Shown one piece after another: positions 43,255 to 57,082 of a stretch of DNA of 64,000 nt (positions are counted from its first letter, which is position 1; the number at the start of each line of letters is the position of its first letter). The notes beneath the pieces were generated by a model. The model was given only the letters and a program-made list of their open reading frames with translations. It had not been told where the DNA came from and ran no database searches. The position numbers and the translations under genes are program-made. Where the stretch lies: positions 172,732,001-172,796,000 of the forward strand of contig OX597814.1 in NCBI GenBank assembly GCA_951406725.2, given 5' to 3'. This stretch comes from Octopus vulgaris (taxonomy: Eukaryota).

Positions 43255-43825
43255 CTCACATGTATATGGGAGAGCGAAGGAAAAGGAGAGACGATGCTGT
43301 TGAGAAACAGAAAAAGTGAGGAGTAAAAAATAAAAATTATGATCAGGAATGACTGAAATACTAAAAGAATAATAAACGAATTCATGGCAAAAACGATGAA
43401 AATTTTGAGAGGCAAAAATAACTTTCGAATGAAAGCAGTGGAAATGGAAAGTATAAAGCTGAAAACGAGGAGGTATTTATGATCCTTTAAACTGTACATT
43501 TTTATGCCATAGAAATGGATGATGTGTGTTAAGCATGAAGATATATGCTGTCTAAAAGACCTGTTTTTTTTCGGCGTTACAAGGTGAAAGGCAGGAAAGA
43601 AGAATTAAGCGCTGCAATATAACACAACGTTTCCCTGATAAAGAAAGCAACCCTCTTTCACATATCATTTAATTCTAGTCACAATGTTACGTATACTAAT
43701 TACGTACATAAACAACCAAACATTCGTACACGGACGCACACACACTCACATATATATATGTGCATATGTATACATATGAACAGTGTGACAAATTGATATA
43801 GATGTATAGATGTATATCTAGAGAT

Positions 43826-44134
43826 AAGCGTCGCCCTTTTTTAGCCTAGCCAGGCTCATGGGCCCGGTTTCCCGGTTTCTCTGGCGTATGTGTTCCCCCC
43901 AGCTGGACGGGACGCCAGTCCATCACAGCGTTACTCAAGAAACAGGAAGAGAGGGTGAGAGAAAGTTGTGGCGAAAGAGTACAACAGGGGTCGCTACCAC
44001 CCCCTGCCGGAGCCTCGTGGAGCTCTTAGGTGTTTTCGCTCAATAAACACACACAACGCCCGGTCTGGGAATCGAAACCGCGTTCCTCCGACCGCGAGTC
44101 CGCTGCCCTAACCACTTGGCCATTGCGCCTCCAC
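43826..44134 (-). mobile_element. tRNA-derived SINE family C, full length with 12-bp TSD
   Basis: A-box TGGCCAAGTGG and B-box GGTTTCGATTCC on the minus strand; direct repeat ATATCTAGAGAT at 43814-43825 and 44135-44146. Confidence 0.9.
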
Positions 44135-45064
44135 ATATCTAGAGATGTACATATATTATTATGAGGGCGTTCGCAATTCCTCGCTGAACAACTACACAGA
44201 TATTTGTTTATAGTGATCGAATGCTTGTATTCACATAGGCTAGCTCTCTCCATCAAAATGATATTTCATGTACAGATGCACAAGTGAACCACGTATCAGA
44301 TGTAGAAACGATCGCAGGTCAATGTGAAATGAAATGTTTTGTTCAAGAACGCAACGAACTGCCCTGTCTCGGAATCGAAACCATGATCTCGTGATCGTGA
44401 GATCATCTATTTGTGTGTGTGTGTGTGTGTGTGCATGTATGTAAGAGTGTATGCGTGCGTGTGTGTGTGTGTAAAGGTGTGTATATGTGTGTGTGGGTGT
44501 TTGTATGTATGTGTGTTTGTGTTTGTCTGAGGTATATATATATATCTAATAAAACAGAATCCAAGGAATATGGTTCGGGTCTGCGTCAGCAAGATTTGTA
44601 CATAGATACACATACACATTATTTTATCAAAAGTGGGAGAGAAGTGGGACACAAAGGAAGTAAAAGAGAACGAGAGAAAGTGAGAGAGACAATTCATATA
44701 TAGATATATAGATACAGCAAGTACTGGCTGTCTCTTTCACTTTTCATTACCACACGAGAATAAAATTGACTCACAAATGGCTGAGTACTCCATAGACATG
44801 CATAACATTAACGTAATTCTCAGGAAGATTCAGCCTCACACAGAATATGACAAAGCTGCCCCCTTTGAATTACAGCTACAACTCGAGACATATATGTATT
44901 TGTGTGTGTATGTAGTATAGGTTAGTTAAAACAAGTCTGCAATAATAAGTGTCACGTGGTAGAAATAAACGCAATTACCAAACTTTCATTCATAAATCCA
45001 TTTATTATTTCGTTCTTTTGCATTTCAATTTGTACATTTTTACCCAAACAATTTCAACAACTTT

Positions 45065-45394
45065 ATGCCAGAAGAAATGGAAAAAATAATTCCCAGAATT
45101 AAACTTAGCCTAAGTGATGCAAATATTCCATTCACACTAAACAGACTTCAGTTTCCACTTCGACTTGCATATTCAATGACAATTAATAAGGCACAAGGGC
45201 AAATATTTGTAAAAGTTGGAATACATTTGCCTCAACCGGTATTTTCTCATGGCCAATTATATGTCGTATTTTCAAGAGCACGAGTTATGAACAATATCAA
45301 AGCAAGAGATATGACACTCAATTGGGATAACAGACAAGGCCATAAACGTGGTGTGACATACACACAATATATTGTCTACTATGAAGTACTGTGA
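45065..45394 (+). pseudogene. Helitron Rep/Hel PIF1-family helicase C-terminal fragment
   Basis: [56 protein letters not shown] carries PIF1 motifs V/VI with a Helitron-type C-terminus; no upstream helicase motifs found. Confidence 0.85.
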
Positions 45395-48322
45395 GGAAGA
45401 CCACCGCACCAGCTAGCATCACCAGCACATCAGCTGCTCCATCATTACACATCCACATTACACGACGGGTAAAATGCTTAGTGGCATTTCGTCTGCCTTT
45501 ACGTTCTTAGTTCAAATTCCGCCGAGGTCGACTTTTTCTTTCATCCTTTCGGGGTCGATAAATTACCCATTATGCCCTGGGGTCGATCTAATCGACTTAA
45601 TCCGTTTGTCTGTCCTTGTTTGTCCCCTCTATGTTTAACCCCTTGTGGGCTATAAAGAAGTAAGATAGTCGCTCATCTTCTACTCATAGTACGCAGTATT
45701 CATAAAATAAATATTTACTCTTATTTTTCTATTGATCCCATATTAAAAAATAGAAAAATATCCCGTACATATAATAAAACCTTTAGTTAAATTACCTATA
45801 TCTGCCATGTAAATAAGCGTGAATATTTCACGGAATTGCATTTATGCGTATGTGTTAAGTGACAGGTGATATAAAATCTTAGTTCAATTCAGGAAGAAAC
45901 ACACTTTACACTATCCATGCACTACCGCCACCTCCACCACCACAATCTCCACTACCACCATCACCACCACCATCTTCTCCCACACACCCTCTCCCCTCCC
46001 CGCCCTCCTCTCTCTTTCTCTCTCTCTACCTTTCTTTTACCTCACCATCAGAATATCACCCCTCTGCTAAAACTATATTTCAAACTCTCTTTCTCTATAT
46101 CACTACCTGCAACTAACTTTTTTAACCCCGTATTAAATAGTACGTTCCCTTTACCACACGTCATGGACGATCTTTTTTCTCTCCGTCTTTTCTCTTTCCC
46201 CTCTTTCTGTCTCATTCTTCGCCTTATCCTCTTTTTCTCTCTCCTTTTATTATCTCCACTCTTTCCCTTCAACTAATCACTTGAAAGCATTACAATTACA
46301 TTCCCTCTACCTCACGTCATGGACTCTTCCCTCTCTGTTTTTCTCTTTCAATCATTTCTTTCTCCCCCACTTTTTTGTCTAATCACGTGAAAGCGTTACA
46401 GATGGGCTAAGTAACGTAATGGCAACAAAATTATTATAAGATGTAGGTAATGCTAAAGGGGAATAATTCACATGTTTATAAATCAGTGATTTTGAACCTA
46501 AAGGAATGTATTTGTCTGTACAGGAACATTAAACTTTTATAAAGGATTTTAAAGTGATTATATTACGCTAAGACTTAGATAACGTTAATGATATAGTTCT
46601 ATATAAGGCAAAGATAGATGAAGAATAATTAAATTATAAGAAGAGTGTGTGAAATTGTCAATAAACCTCGTAAACTTGGAATATGTTGACAGGATTTACA
46701 TGGAGTTGAATTAAAATTAAAGATATAATTATAATGAAGAGACGGATAAGTGGATTATAATTAAAGATTTGTATGAGTGAGAAGGAATAAATATACAGAG
46801 TTTCTCTCTAAACAGATTTTACAAAGTAGTTTGATAGGGATGGTTTTAAATGTGAATAATAATAGTAGCTTATGTTGTTAAGAGTAAATTTACATTGGTT
46901 GTTTTATTATACCTGAGGTTGATTATTGCAAGGGAAATAAATTTTGCTGAAGGTTGCTGAAATCAATAGATGGTCGACTTTTTAATTGTGTGCGTATCTG
47001 TTTAAATCAGAATAAATTTACTTTACAGTTCAAGCAAAGGGAAAGAAATTTATGCTCTAGAGCAGTAATTAAAATTTTAGTGGAAATATAATAAAATAGT
47101 AAGTGAAGTGTCATAACGGATTTCAGATATCGTGAAATAAGTAAAGGGGCACACCCAGATACACACACACACCAACACAAATTCAAATACACACGTATAA
47201 TGCAGGTATACAAAAGCTGCGAGAAAATAAAGGAAAATGTGATGAAAATTATAACATATATGCAGAGAAAATCCGAAATCAAATATATTAAAATAAATTC
47301 TTGAATTTAATATTGGTTTCAAATTTTGAAACAAGGCCAGTAATTCCGGAGTAAGGGGTAAGTCGATTACATCGACCGCAGTGATAAAGTAGCATTTATA
47401 TAATCGATCCCAAAAGGATGAAAGGCAAAGTCGACCTCGGCGGAATTTGAACTCAGAACGTAACGACGGACGAAATGCCAAAAGAGATAATCGTTATATC
47501 TTTTCGTATTAGATACAAGATAAGGTAGTTTGGAAATTAAGTTTTTTTCATAATGGCTGTAAAGTTATGATATGGTATTCATATGGAGGAAGAGGAACAA
47601 TATTTGTTTCTACTCTAGGTACAAGGCCTACAATTTTGGGGGAAGGGGACAGTCGATTAGATCGACCCCAGTACGCAACTGGTACTTAATTTATCGACTC
47701 CGAAAGAATAAAAAGCAAAGTCAACCTCGGCAGAATTTGAACTCAGCGAGCTTACGTTTTTGCCAGCTCGCCGCTTTGGAAGAGGAACAATGTTACAGTA
47801 GTAAAAATACTAATGTATATTTTATTCCAAGGTTGACGATTTTGAAGGTATCGTGTAACTGTATTGAGATTGTTATTAACACGAGATATTACCAAAAATA
47901 TTGATTAAATTTTTGGAGAATATACTTCTAGATTTCAGAAGATTTATTTTAATTGTAAGTTGGTTTTAAAACGGACATGTATCGTTAGGTTCATTAAGAG
48001 AGATATGTGTAATGTGGATTATAGCTGTGTAATTCTTGTGGATGAAGGTTAGTGCAATAAAATTATCCTAAGTTGAAATCATATGTGAGATTTGGAAGAT
48101 ATCCTGTAAGTCTATAAGAAATTACATAATCTTTCCGGCGCTAAGTGTGTACTTTTGGTATAAAATAGGCGCAAGTGGAGCTGTGGGATTAGAAGCTTGC
48201 TTCTCAACAACATGGTCCCGAGTTCAGTTACACTGCCACCTTGGGGAAGTGTCTTCTATAGCCTCGGACCGACCAAAACTTTGTGAGTGGATTTAGTAGA
48301 CGAAAAGTGAAAAAAGTGCGCC

Positions 48323-48392
<70 letters not shown>

Positions 48393-48394
<2 letters not shown>

Positions 48395-48959
48395 AATTTA
48401 AAGGACTGACCACTAAAAGTGGACGGTCAATATGCTCGATATAGACGTCAAAATCGCTATTTTCCACGAAGAATGTGTTCTCAAGAAAAAACTCAGCACG
48501 AAACCAAAGCGTAAAAAATAAGCAAGACAATTGAAAATATACGAAATAAAAACGATTACCTATGTACCGATCAGTTTCACTTGTTAATATTCACGTATAT
48601 GCATACGCGAAAATCTGCGGACACACATAAATATAAATTGTTGAACTCTATGCATGCGGGACTCCGATCAAACGTTATGTATCTAGTTCTGGAAATTATG
48701 TTTGTATACGACAAACTATGCTGATGAGCTTGCAGATTTTCGCGTATACATATACGTGAATATTAACAAGTGAAACTGATCGGTACATAGGTAATCGTTT
48801 TTATTTCGTATATTTTCATTTGTCTTGCTTATTTTTTACGCTTTGGTTTTGTGCTGAGTTTTTTCTTGTGAACACATTCTTCGTGGAAAATAAAGATTTT
48901 GACGTCTATATCGAGCGCATATTGACCGTCCACTTTTAGTGGTCAGTCCTTTAAATTTT
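48393..48959. repeat. Inverted repeat, ~227-bp arms (48393-48618 / 48732-48959), PLE-type tail
   Basis: Arms are reverse complements with a few substitutions and a 2-bp indel; inserted in the internal microsatellite of a family B SINE. Confidence 0.92.
48716..48790 (+). ncRNA. Minimal type-I hammerhead ribozyme motif
   Basis: CTATG-CTGATGA-gcttg..ttcgcgtata/tatacgtgaa..caagt-GAAAC-tGATCg-GTA-CATAG. Confidence 0.8.
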
Positions 48960-49998
48960 GTATGTAAAAAATATTTTAATCTTCGGATTCTTTTAATATG
49001 CTAGGCCACTGATTTTAATTGATTAATATCAATTTCTACCCTTATACATATGTATGTGTGTGTGTGAGCCTTTGTGTCTGTGTTTGTCCATCACTACCGC
49101 TTGACAACCGGTGTTGATATGTTTACGTCCCCGTAACCTAGCGGTTCGGCAAAAACCGACAGAATAAGTACTAGGCTTCAAAAAATAAGTCCTCGGGTCG
49201 AGTTATTCGGCTAAAATCATTCAGGGCGGTGCTCCAGCTTTGCCGCAGTCAAAAATGACCGAAACAAATAAAAGATATGAGCAGATGTAAGGCGGCGAGC
49301 TGACAGAATCGTTGGCACACCGGGGAAAATGTTTAGCGGTATTCCTTCCGACTTTACGTTCTGAGTTCAAATGTCGCTGGTGTCGACTTTCCCTCTCACC
49401 CTTTCGGGGTCGACGAAATAAGTACCAGTTGAAACTGGAGTGGATGTAATAGGCTTATCCCCCACCTCCGAAATCACTGGCCTCGTGCCAAATGTTGAAA
49501 TCATATTAGCAGATGTAATTTCGAAGGAAGTGTTAGATGGAGATGTGATCTGGGTCATGTCTGGTCGATTCTAATCTGGTCTAGTCTGGCAACAAATGTG
49601 TACCGAGAGCAATTAGTGTGGCTAAGTGTCTGAATTATGTAATATATATTTCATTGGAGGCTGTAAACTAAATAAATGGGTAAAGGTCAATAAAGAGATT
49701 AGGCATACGGGTGAGTAGATGGCACAGGTGAAAGAAAAGGGTAGAAATGGGGTGGAAAAAATAATTAAAATTTATGAGATTGTATATTGGATATAGCTAA
49801 TTATAAGGTCAAGAAAATAGCGATACCTTAGCGTAGTTCAAGGTATTTTGTAAAAGACCTGACTTTAACAATGTGCCATATGGAATTTATGTCATTATTT
49901 AACATAATTTCATTACGATACATAAACATTGTTGATGTCTATCCATTTACAAACTACACTGAACTGCGCTAAGTTATTGCTTTTTTTCTCGTCCTTAT

Positions 49999-50407
49999 AG
50001 TGGCCTATATCCAATAAATATTGTCATTAAATTTTTTTATATATTTTCTCCGTTCCCTAAGTAAATGTTACTTTTAAGATTACTTACCTGTATGCTTAAT
50101 CTGTTTCTTGATCTTTACTCATTTATTTAGTGCATTATCATAAATGATATAAAAATAGAGGTTTTTCTTTTAACAAATTATGAAACCTGTCACACACACT
50201 ACATTCTTAGTGGCCTACTTATTGTCATTAAATTTTTATTTGTTTTCTCTGTCCCCTCAGTAAAATTTTATTTTACGTCTTTTTACCTGTATGCTTAATC
50301 CGTTTCTTGGTCTTTACCCATTCATTTAGTGCACTATCACAAATGATATGAAATAGAAGGGTTTGTTTTTAACAAATTACGAAACGTATCATAGACACCA
50401 CATTCTT
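49999..50407. repeat. Diverged tandem duplication, ~200-210-bp units
   Basis: agtggccta..attgtcattaaattttt..ttacctgtatgcttaatc..acattctt repeated at 49999 and 50209. Confidence 0.85.
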
Positions 50408-50739
50408 TTGATGACGCTTTCTTCCTATAAAAAACATTAGTAAATAAAGGCTCTTTTACTGTTGAACAAGGCGTTATACAAAACTTAAAGTACTGGTCAA
50501 CTTGTTATTCACAGTATATTTAATTGCAGCCAGTGAAAATGCAAGACGTAAAAGATAACACCATGTACTAATGATAGAACAGAGTACAAAACACTTAATA
50601 TGCATCTTTTCAAAGCTATCAACCTCATACAATCCCTCTTAAGTCAATAAAATTCTACCAAAGAAAAAGAAAAATTTATTACAATAATTGAAATGAAATG
50701 GACTTTAGACTCGTACTTAATTAACACAATCCAATAAAA

Positions 50740-51320
50740 GCAATATGTCTTGCAAACAACTTGCACGTGCAAGTGCTACCAGTCAAAAACTCCGCATACC
50801 GGAAGCCAGCAAATGTATGTGGTCATCAGAAGAGAATGCGCGCCGTTTCGGGGCCTACCTCTCAATGGCATCCATGCGCACCGGCCTCCCTCTCACTGAT
50901 ATGAGGCCCCGCTTGCTAGATCAGCTTGTTATCAAATAAAGCTCAATATTCTTTTAGCCATCGCTCATCGTCTCTTTTTAACCAAATCCAGTGGCTAGCC
51001 TTCTCCACTGTAGTTTGGATATCGGTCATGATGGTATTGACTTTACTATGAGTTAGGCCTAGCGATAACAACGGTCACCTCACACTCTGTCCAACAAACC
51101 CTCTACATCCGACTTCGATTGGAAAATGCTCTGCTTTCCAGCCTGCGTCCTCACATTCCCCGAAGAGGTTTACATAACAGTCAATCTTTCGGGCCCGAGT
51201 GGCGTCCATATTATCTTCATGAGGAACCGTTAACTCGACTAGATTTACAACTTTCCTTCTTTCACACCACATCAAAATGTCTGTTTTTTTCGTAACTGGG
51301 ATGAGAAAGAATCCCTGGCA
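50740..51320 (-). mobile_element. HERO/NeSL-like RLE non-LTR retrotransposon 3' fragment
   Basis: DILMWCERRKVVNLVELTVPHEDNMDATRARKIDCYVNL..GWKAEHFPIEVGCRGFVG is a PD..E..K restriction-like endonuclease; continues to EKASHWIWLK, then a GC-rich 3' UTR. Confidence 0.8.
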
Positions 51321-53103
51321 CCCAGTAAACCTGCTGTAACCTCCCAATAGCCGTTCCACTTTTCATATATATATAAAAGACATTGCACAATTCTTACGAA
51401 GCAACAAGTGAATTAAAGTACAATCAATATAAAAAATTATGAACCATATTTACACCAACATACTAACATAGGATTTGTATTTACCAGTTGCATTTACTAA
51501 TCATACTTAATCTATCTAGAAACATACTTAGATAAAGATAAAAAAAATTACTTCCTTAAAAGATATAAAATACCTACCTGAACAGAAATCAAGTTTAGAC
51601 AATAATTCAACTAGTGCTTAAAATAGAAATTAAATAACAAGAATATCGTATACTAAGCTTTTGTCTCAATGACTACTAAAACGGAGTCAGTCAAACAAAA
51701 CGATAAAGCCATTACATTCATGTTTACTGAAAGAAAAAACAAATAAAGTTTAAATAACTTAAAGAAAAATCACGAACGTTAGTTACACCAACAAGCTAAG
51801 AAATGTTTTACATGAAACTGCCAGGTCCTCTCAAAAATTGACCATTTATCTCAGCAGCCCTAATCAAAAATCTGATGATTAGCTTCACCGCCAATATAGG
51901 TGGTGATAAATACAAGGGGAGATAAGCATCACTGAAACTGCCAAGTGTCTCTCGCTGTGACCACAGCAGAGTGAAATATAAAACTTATTAATGGCTAAAG
52001 ATAGTCGAAAATAAGTTTAATATTCACTTGTAGATTTAGAATAACTTTGATTCATTTTAAAAATAAATAATTTATTATGGTAACGATGAAGATTTTAAAT
52101 TACTAATTAATAATTTATATCGATAACCTTGACTAACCATACACTTCATCAATTGTACCGCTTTATAAATTAATGAACAAGGTATATAATATCGCTGCAT
52201 CTAGAAATATGACTGGAAACCAACTTACACTCCATTCTAACTAGGATTTAAACTAATGGTCTTTTTATAAACTTTGTTTACAATTCTGTTATTACAACAG
52301 ATCACCATTGTGTGTAAATAGTTAACTGCATCCACAACAATATTTCTGCTTGCCTCTACATATTTGGATAAAGTCTACAATTAACAGTTTAAAAAGCTGT
52401 AATTGGGAACAAACATATCAACCATATAAGTGCAGTAACCCTCAATCTGTTTAACCAAAACCTTGATCTTTCACTACAAGCACTGCTTTAAAAATCGAAG
52501 TTACAATAACATAAATACAGGTCAGGAATTAATATTACCGCCTTAGAAATTCCTTTAATCTGCTTAAATATCGTATGCGCAAAAGCGACCTATGTGTTAT
52601 TAAAAGTAAACCTAATTATATCTTTTAATTCTATATTAGTCCAACAAATACACGTGTTATATCTTATTCTAGGTTTTTTTCAAAAAAAAGCATACTTCGT
52701 TTAGGAGTGCTTAAAATTGCTAAAGAGTAGAAAGCACATTCTCATGCCTAGTAGGAATCAAAGAAAACTTTTATGGTTTATTTTTCCAAACATTCCATGC
52801 TAGATGTAATGTTCCATAATAAACTTAATTCATGAAAGTAACTGCATTATGCTTTGCGGAAGCTGACCTAACGACAATTAGGTCATGCTTCATTAACTAG
52901 AAAAAAAAAAAAATACTTGCTTAATGGGTTTTTTTCTAATCCCAGCAATAAATCTGTTTCCTGAAGACAACCTATGTAATTTTGGAAACTAGAACAATTT
53001 AGGAATGCTTCCGTTCTCTTCCTCAACTTCAAAGATCACCGTTTGTTCTTCATTTGCATATTAATTCATTAATATCCACCGACATCACTATATATCTCTG
53101 TGT

Positions 53104-53167
<64 letters not shown>

Positions 53168-53168
<1 letters not shown>

Positions 53169-53445
53169 GCACAGGTTTTCTTGAACTCTGTCAATATGTT
53201 TCTAGTACTCCTTCTTGCTTTGTGATGCTTGTTGATATCCTCGGTCTTTGAAAACAATTCTTTTAGATATTCTGAGTAATTCCATCTGCTTCAAAGTTAT
53301 AAATCCGAGTGATGGTAAGCCGCGTCGGTTCCTCCGTTTGGAACTTCCGCTTAAACTGTCTTTGCAGTTTTCTACTGCGTTTTCAACTTCCAGGCAGGAC
53401 TTTAGAAAAAACTTCCATTGTCGAAAGCTTATCCTTGCACTTTAA
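53168..53445 (-). mobile_element. Tc1/mariner N-terminal HTH relic
   Basis: Frameshifted RQFKRKFQTEEPTRLTITRI..FEADGI..RPRISTS resembles the same HTH family as 14503-14830. Confidence 0.55.
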
Positions 53446-54094
53446 TGGGTTAAATCTAAAATGAAAATTTAGCGTGAGTTTTCAGCTGTTAAAGTATAAG
53501 TATATCTTTTGGAGACACACACACACACACAACGCATGTGTGTGTATATATATATATATATATTTACATATATACACACATATATACAAGGTACGTGAAA
53601 TCCGGAAACGTAGAGTAGAGAAAGTCGTCGAAACAAATAGCGAGGAACAGAGAAACTGAAAGGCATAGATAAGCAGAAATTTAGATATTCAAGAAAGAAA
53701 TGTTTTAAATCATTAGGATTATTTACATAATCTCCAAACTAATTAACTAAGCGTTTAAATAAACCATAACATCGAATAATAACAGAGGATGATAAAAAAA
53801 CGCTACCGTAAATCTCTAAGAAATGACGATAAATAACTGAAATGGACGAAAATGTAATAAGCTGATTCTATAGGGATTCGGTATTAACAAAATAAATTGT
53901 CTTGCAACAAAAGACTTAAGCCGCTCAACAGGTCTGTTATTGGGGACGTGGAGAAGAGACAGTATTAAATAAAACTCTGATATCTATTTAACAAAACCAG
54001 AATTCCAAATGCTGTAGATTATATTATACTAATACTTCCCTTTGGAACTTCGTATGTTTAAAGTTAATGTATATTTACGCATACGTAGTAAAAA

Positions 54095-54466
54095 TCTTTA
54101 TATATATAAAGCTGAAGTTGTCTGTGTATGGCAGGTTTGGTAGCCTTCAACTAACATTATCTCCTCCGAGACTCTGCGGCGCAAGTTAACCAAAATTGAG
54201 AGTTTGGTAGAAGGCTTGCTCTTCATTCCGTAGAAGAAATAATCCAAATCGGACCATGTTAACACCAAAAATTATTTACATCAAAAACGTGCTTTTTTTC
54301 TATGAAAATCCAGATTGTTTTCGATTTTTTTACTGCTGTGTCGCCATTTTTCGGTGTATTTCAACCAGAAAAATGTTCACTTAAAGAGAATAACAAGCTA
54401 CATAATGCAAAATTTTTACTTTTCAAAAATTCCAATTCTAAAGGGTCGAAACAAACACGAGCAACG
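54095..54466 (+). mobile_element. Non-autonomous Helitron-like element, 3'-truncated
   Basis: 5' TCtttatatatataaagctgaagttg and 3' caaacacgagcaacg resemble the other two Helitron copies; hairpin second half and CTAG are missing. Confidence 0.6.
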
Positions 54467-54510
54467 TAAAAAAATGTGAATACGCTTATACGTACATACA
54501 AGCATATATA

Positions 54511-55560
54511 TTAGGTGGGAATAAAAGCCCTGTTGCATTTTTAACTCGCTTGCTTTGAGAGTACATTTTCAATATTTACAGTAACATTTCTTTTTATATT
54601 CTCTTTAGCTTTGTTTTCATTCTCTGCACATTAATTTATACCATAGTGGTTAAAGCCTTTTAAAATTAATTTAGATCAAACCCATATTAGACACTGCATA
54701 TTGTAATAAATTCAAAAGGAGCAATAGAAGCGACAAGATATATATTCATTCTCTACGAAAAAGAAGATTTAATTGTCTGGACATACCATTGATGGTTTGA
54801 CTAGTTTACCTCGAGAAATTTTTTCTCGAGGAATCACTTCGTTCTGTTCTGTAACGTTCTGCAAAATGAAAGCTTCTAAATTTCTAAACAAAGAAAACAG
54901 TACGATTCTAATCACTCTTCGACCATAAAACATATGACTTATGAAAAGTATTTAAACTTCGTTAGTGGGTCTCTCTTCATCTGATGGCTTCACAGATCAG
55001 TTAAAGAATTGGCGCGTCTTCTCTCCATTGAAGAGTCGCTGCCATTCCTGGGTAGAATAATCCCAAGTTTTGAAAAGTGGGTTTCCAATAATCATATCCA
55101 TCGAAAACGATAGCGGTTATCACCCAATGAAAAAAGGAGTCTCTTACAAACCAGGACTTTACTAGAAATAATTATGCTCTGATTTTTGGAGGAATATGAA
55201 CGGTGTCGCCTCTCATAAAATGTTAAATCAAAATGAAGCGATTAATGCGCAAAATTGGAAATAATGCACAAATGTTCGTAAAAGAGTGTGGCTCTTTTAG
55301 GATAAATAAAAAGAGTATATTGTCCAAGTAACTCAGTAGGAGATTATGGCACTAAATATAAAGTTTTGCCAAATCCTCTTTACTCTCTTGACCTTGCTCC
55401 ATCTAACTGTTATCTTTTCGGATCATTAAAAAATTTTTTAGAAAGGAAAACAGGCTTGTTAATTATGAAGAGGTTAAACGTAATAATGATTTTTCTTTCT
55501 TTCACGCCCGAGGAATCAACAATTTAGCAAATAGATAGGATTATGTTATCAATAAAGAAG
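54511..55560 (+). mobile_element. Highly degenerate mariner element
   Basis: TA-flanked ttaggtgggaataaaag start; relic motifs HIRHCIL, EKWV, KVLPNPLYSLDLAPSNCYLFGSLKNFL (YSPDLAP motif). Confidence 0.65.
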
Positions 55561-55771
55561 ATAAATACTATCTTGATTAAATTTATCAATAAGACTAAAG
55601 AAGCATTTGATTCCTTCTCACTTGTAAGTGCTACAAGACTTTCTTCCCAAAATATTACATATAAACACATACAAATATACACACGTGACAATGCACACAC
55701 ACACACACACACGTATACATTTGTAGCTGTGTGTGGATGTACGTATGCATATGTATATATTTAGATACACT

Positions 55772-55844
<73 letters not shown>

Positions 55845-56006
55845 GTGTGTGTGATTGTGTATAGAAGAATATATTAATAAAAAGAATTCCAACCTTGTCT
55901 GATTTTCACGTTTTATTTACAATCTTATAATGATATATTATAAGATAATATATTATAATTGAATAAAATAAAATGAAATAGTAGAATGTTAAATATTCAT
56001 TCTGAT

Positions 56007-56051
56007 TGAACTAGTACTTTCATGCATTGAATTCTGCAATCTTCGGGTTCA
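56007..56051 (-). ncRNA. Hammerhead motif, mirror copy of 58281-58325
   Basis: Reverse complement of the right-arm motif. Confidence 0.7.
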
Positions 56052-56542
56052 TGTAGTAGTGTTGACAGTCATGCTTCACAATTTTTGACTGTAGCAAGAT
56101 GAGTGATTCTGTGCTATAAATACAGCTGGGTAGGCTCCAGAGTGCTAGGTTTTGCAAACTGTATTCTGACCAATCAGTGTGTAGTATCACTCAATTACTT
56201 AAGCTGATTGGTTGGTTGAGCTGATTGGTTTAGGCATCACGCTTTGTTGGACAGGTCAAGAGTCCTGTATCTTGACCCTGGCCGAAGCAGCAATTGTTGG
56301 GTTATTTTTAGAAATGTTGTAAATATCCTTTGTCAGAGATTTTTATATTTTTATATTTCAATTGTCATCATCATTGTCAGCACCTTAATTATTGTTGCTA
56401 GTGGTGATGGTGGTGGCAATAGAACTTTTAACCCTAAATAAGATAATTTTCCTGCTATCTTCGTCTTGATCACCTTTAGTATTGTTGTTGTTGTTAGTGG
56501 TCATGGTCGTAGCAGTGGAAGTAATACCTCTAAGTATTATTA

Positions 56543-57082
56543 TTATTGCTTATTTAGCTTGGGTTCGAATTTATCAATAAAATTCTTTTCTCTGATTTTC
56601 CTCTCGATTTCACTTGGGCTGTGTAATTTGTAGAATGGAAATATTATATATATTTTCCGACCACATGTTGCTAGGTGGTTACTCAAAGGTATCTGACGGA
56701 CCTCTGGGTCTCTAATCTGTTGCCGGTGTACACGTGAGCGTTCTAATGGTGCGTTTCCCGTCTGACCTACATATATTTCTTCACAATTTGGGCATTTGAT
56801 GCAGTAAATTAAATTTCTGCTTTTGCAGTTCATATTCGCGTTTGTGAATATTTTCCCGGTTTTTGTGTTTATATATTGACCGGTATGTATGAATTGGCAT
56901 GTGCCACATCGGCTATCATTGCATTTAGATACCGTGAATGTTTGGTCTTTGTTGCTGAGGTCAAATTTTGCCTTTGTTAGTAATGTTTTCAAGTTTTTAG
57001 GCTGTCTTTTACTAAGCACCATAGCTCGATCCTTGATTATGTCTTTTAATTCATTACTTTGGGCAATGATTGGTAGGTTTGC
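56543..57082 (-). pseudogene. Inverted, shorter copy of the PLE GIY-YIG endonuclease region
   Basis: Translation identical to the plus-strand ORF except GNAPLERS vs GNALLERS. Confidence 0.85.

Noticed and set aside
44050-44134. tRNA gene-like sequences (also 40674-40760 and 27640-27720)
   Set aside because: They are SINE heads continuous with SINE bodies and, in one case, a TSD; acceptor stems do not close properly.
45065-45394. Host PIF1 helicase gene
   Set aside because: Only the C-terminal motifs are present, and the ending is Helitron-type.
50815-50860. GAAAC...CTGATGA on the minus strand in the HERO-like 3' UTR, as a permuted hammerhead
   Set aside because: Stems I-III could not be paired convincingly.
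52955-52998. CTGAAGA-caa..ttg-GAAA-CTAG hammerhead-like string
   Set aside because: No UH cleavage site and poor stem I; at best a decayed copy.
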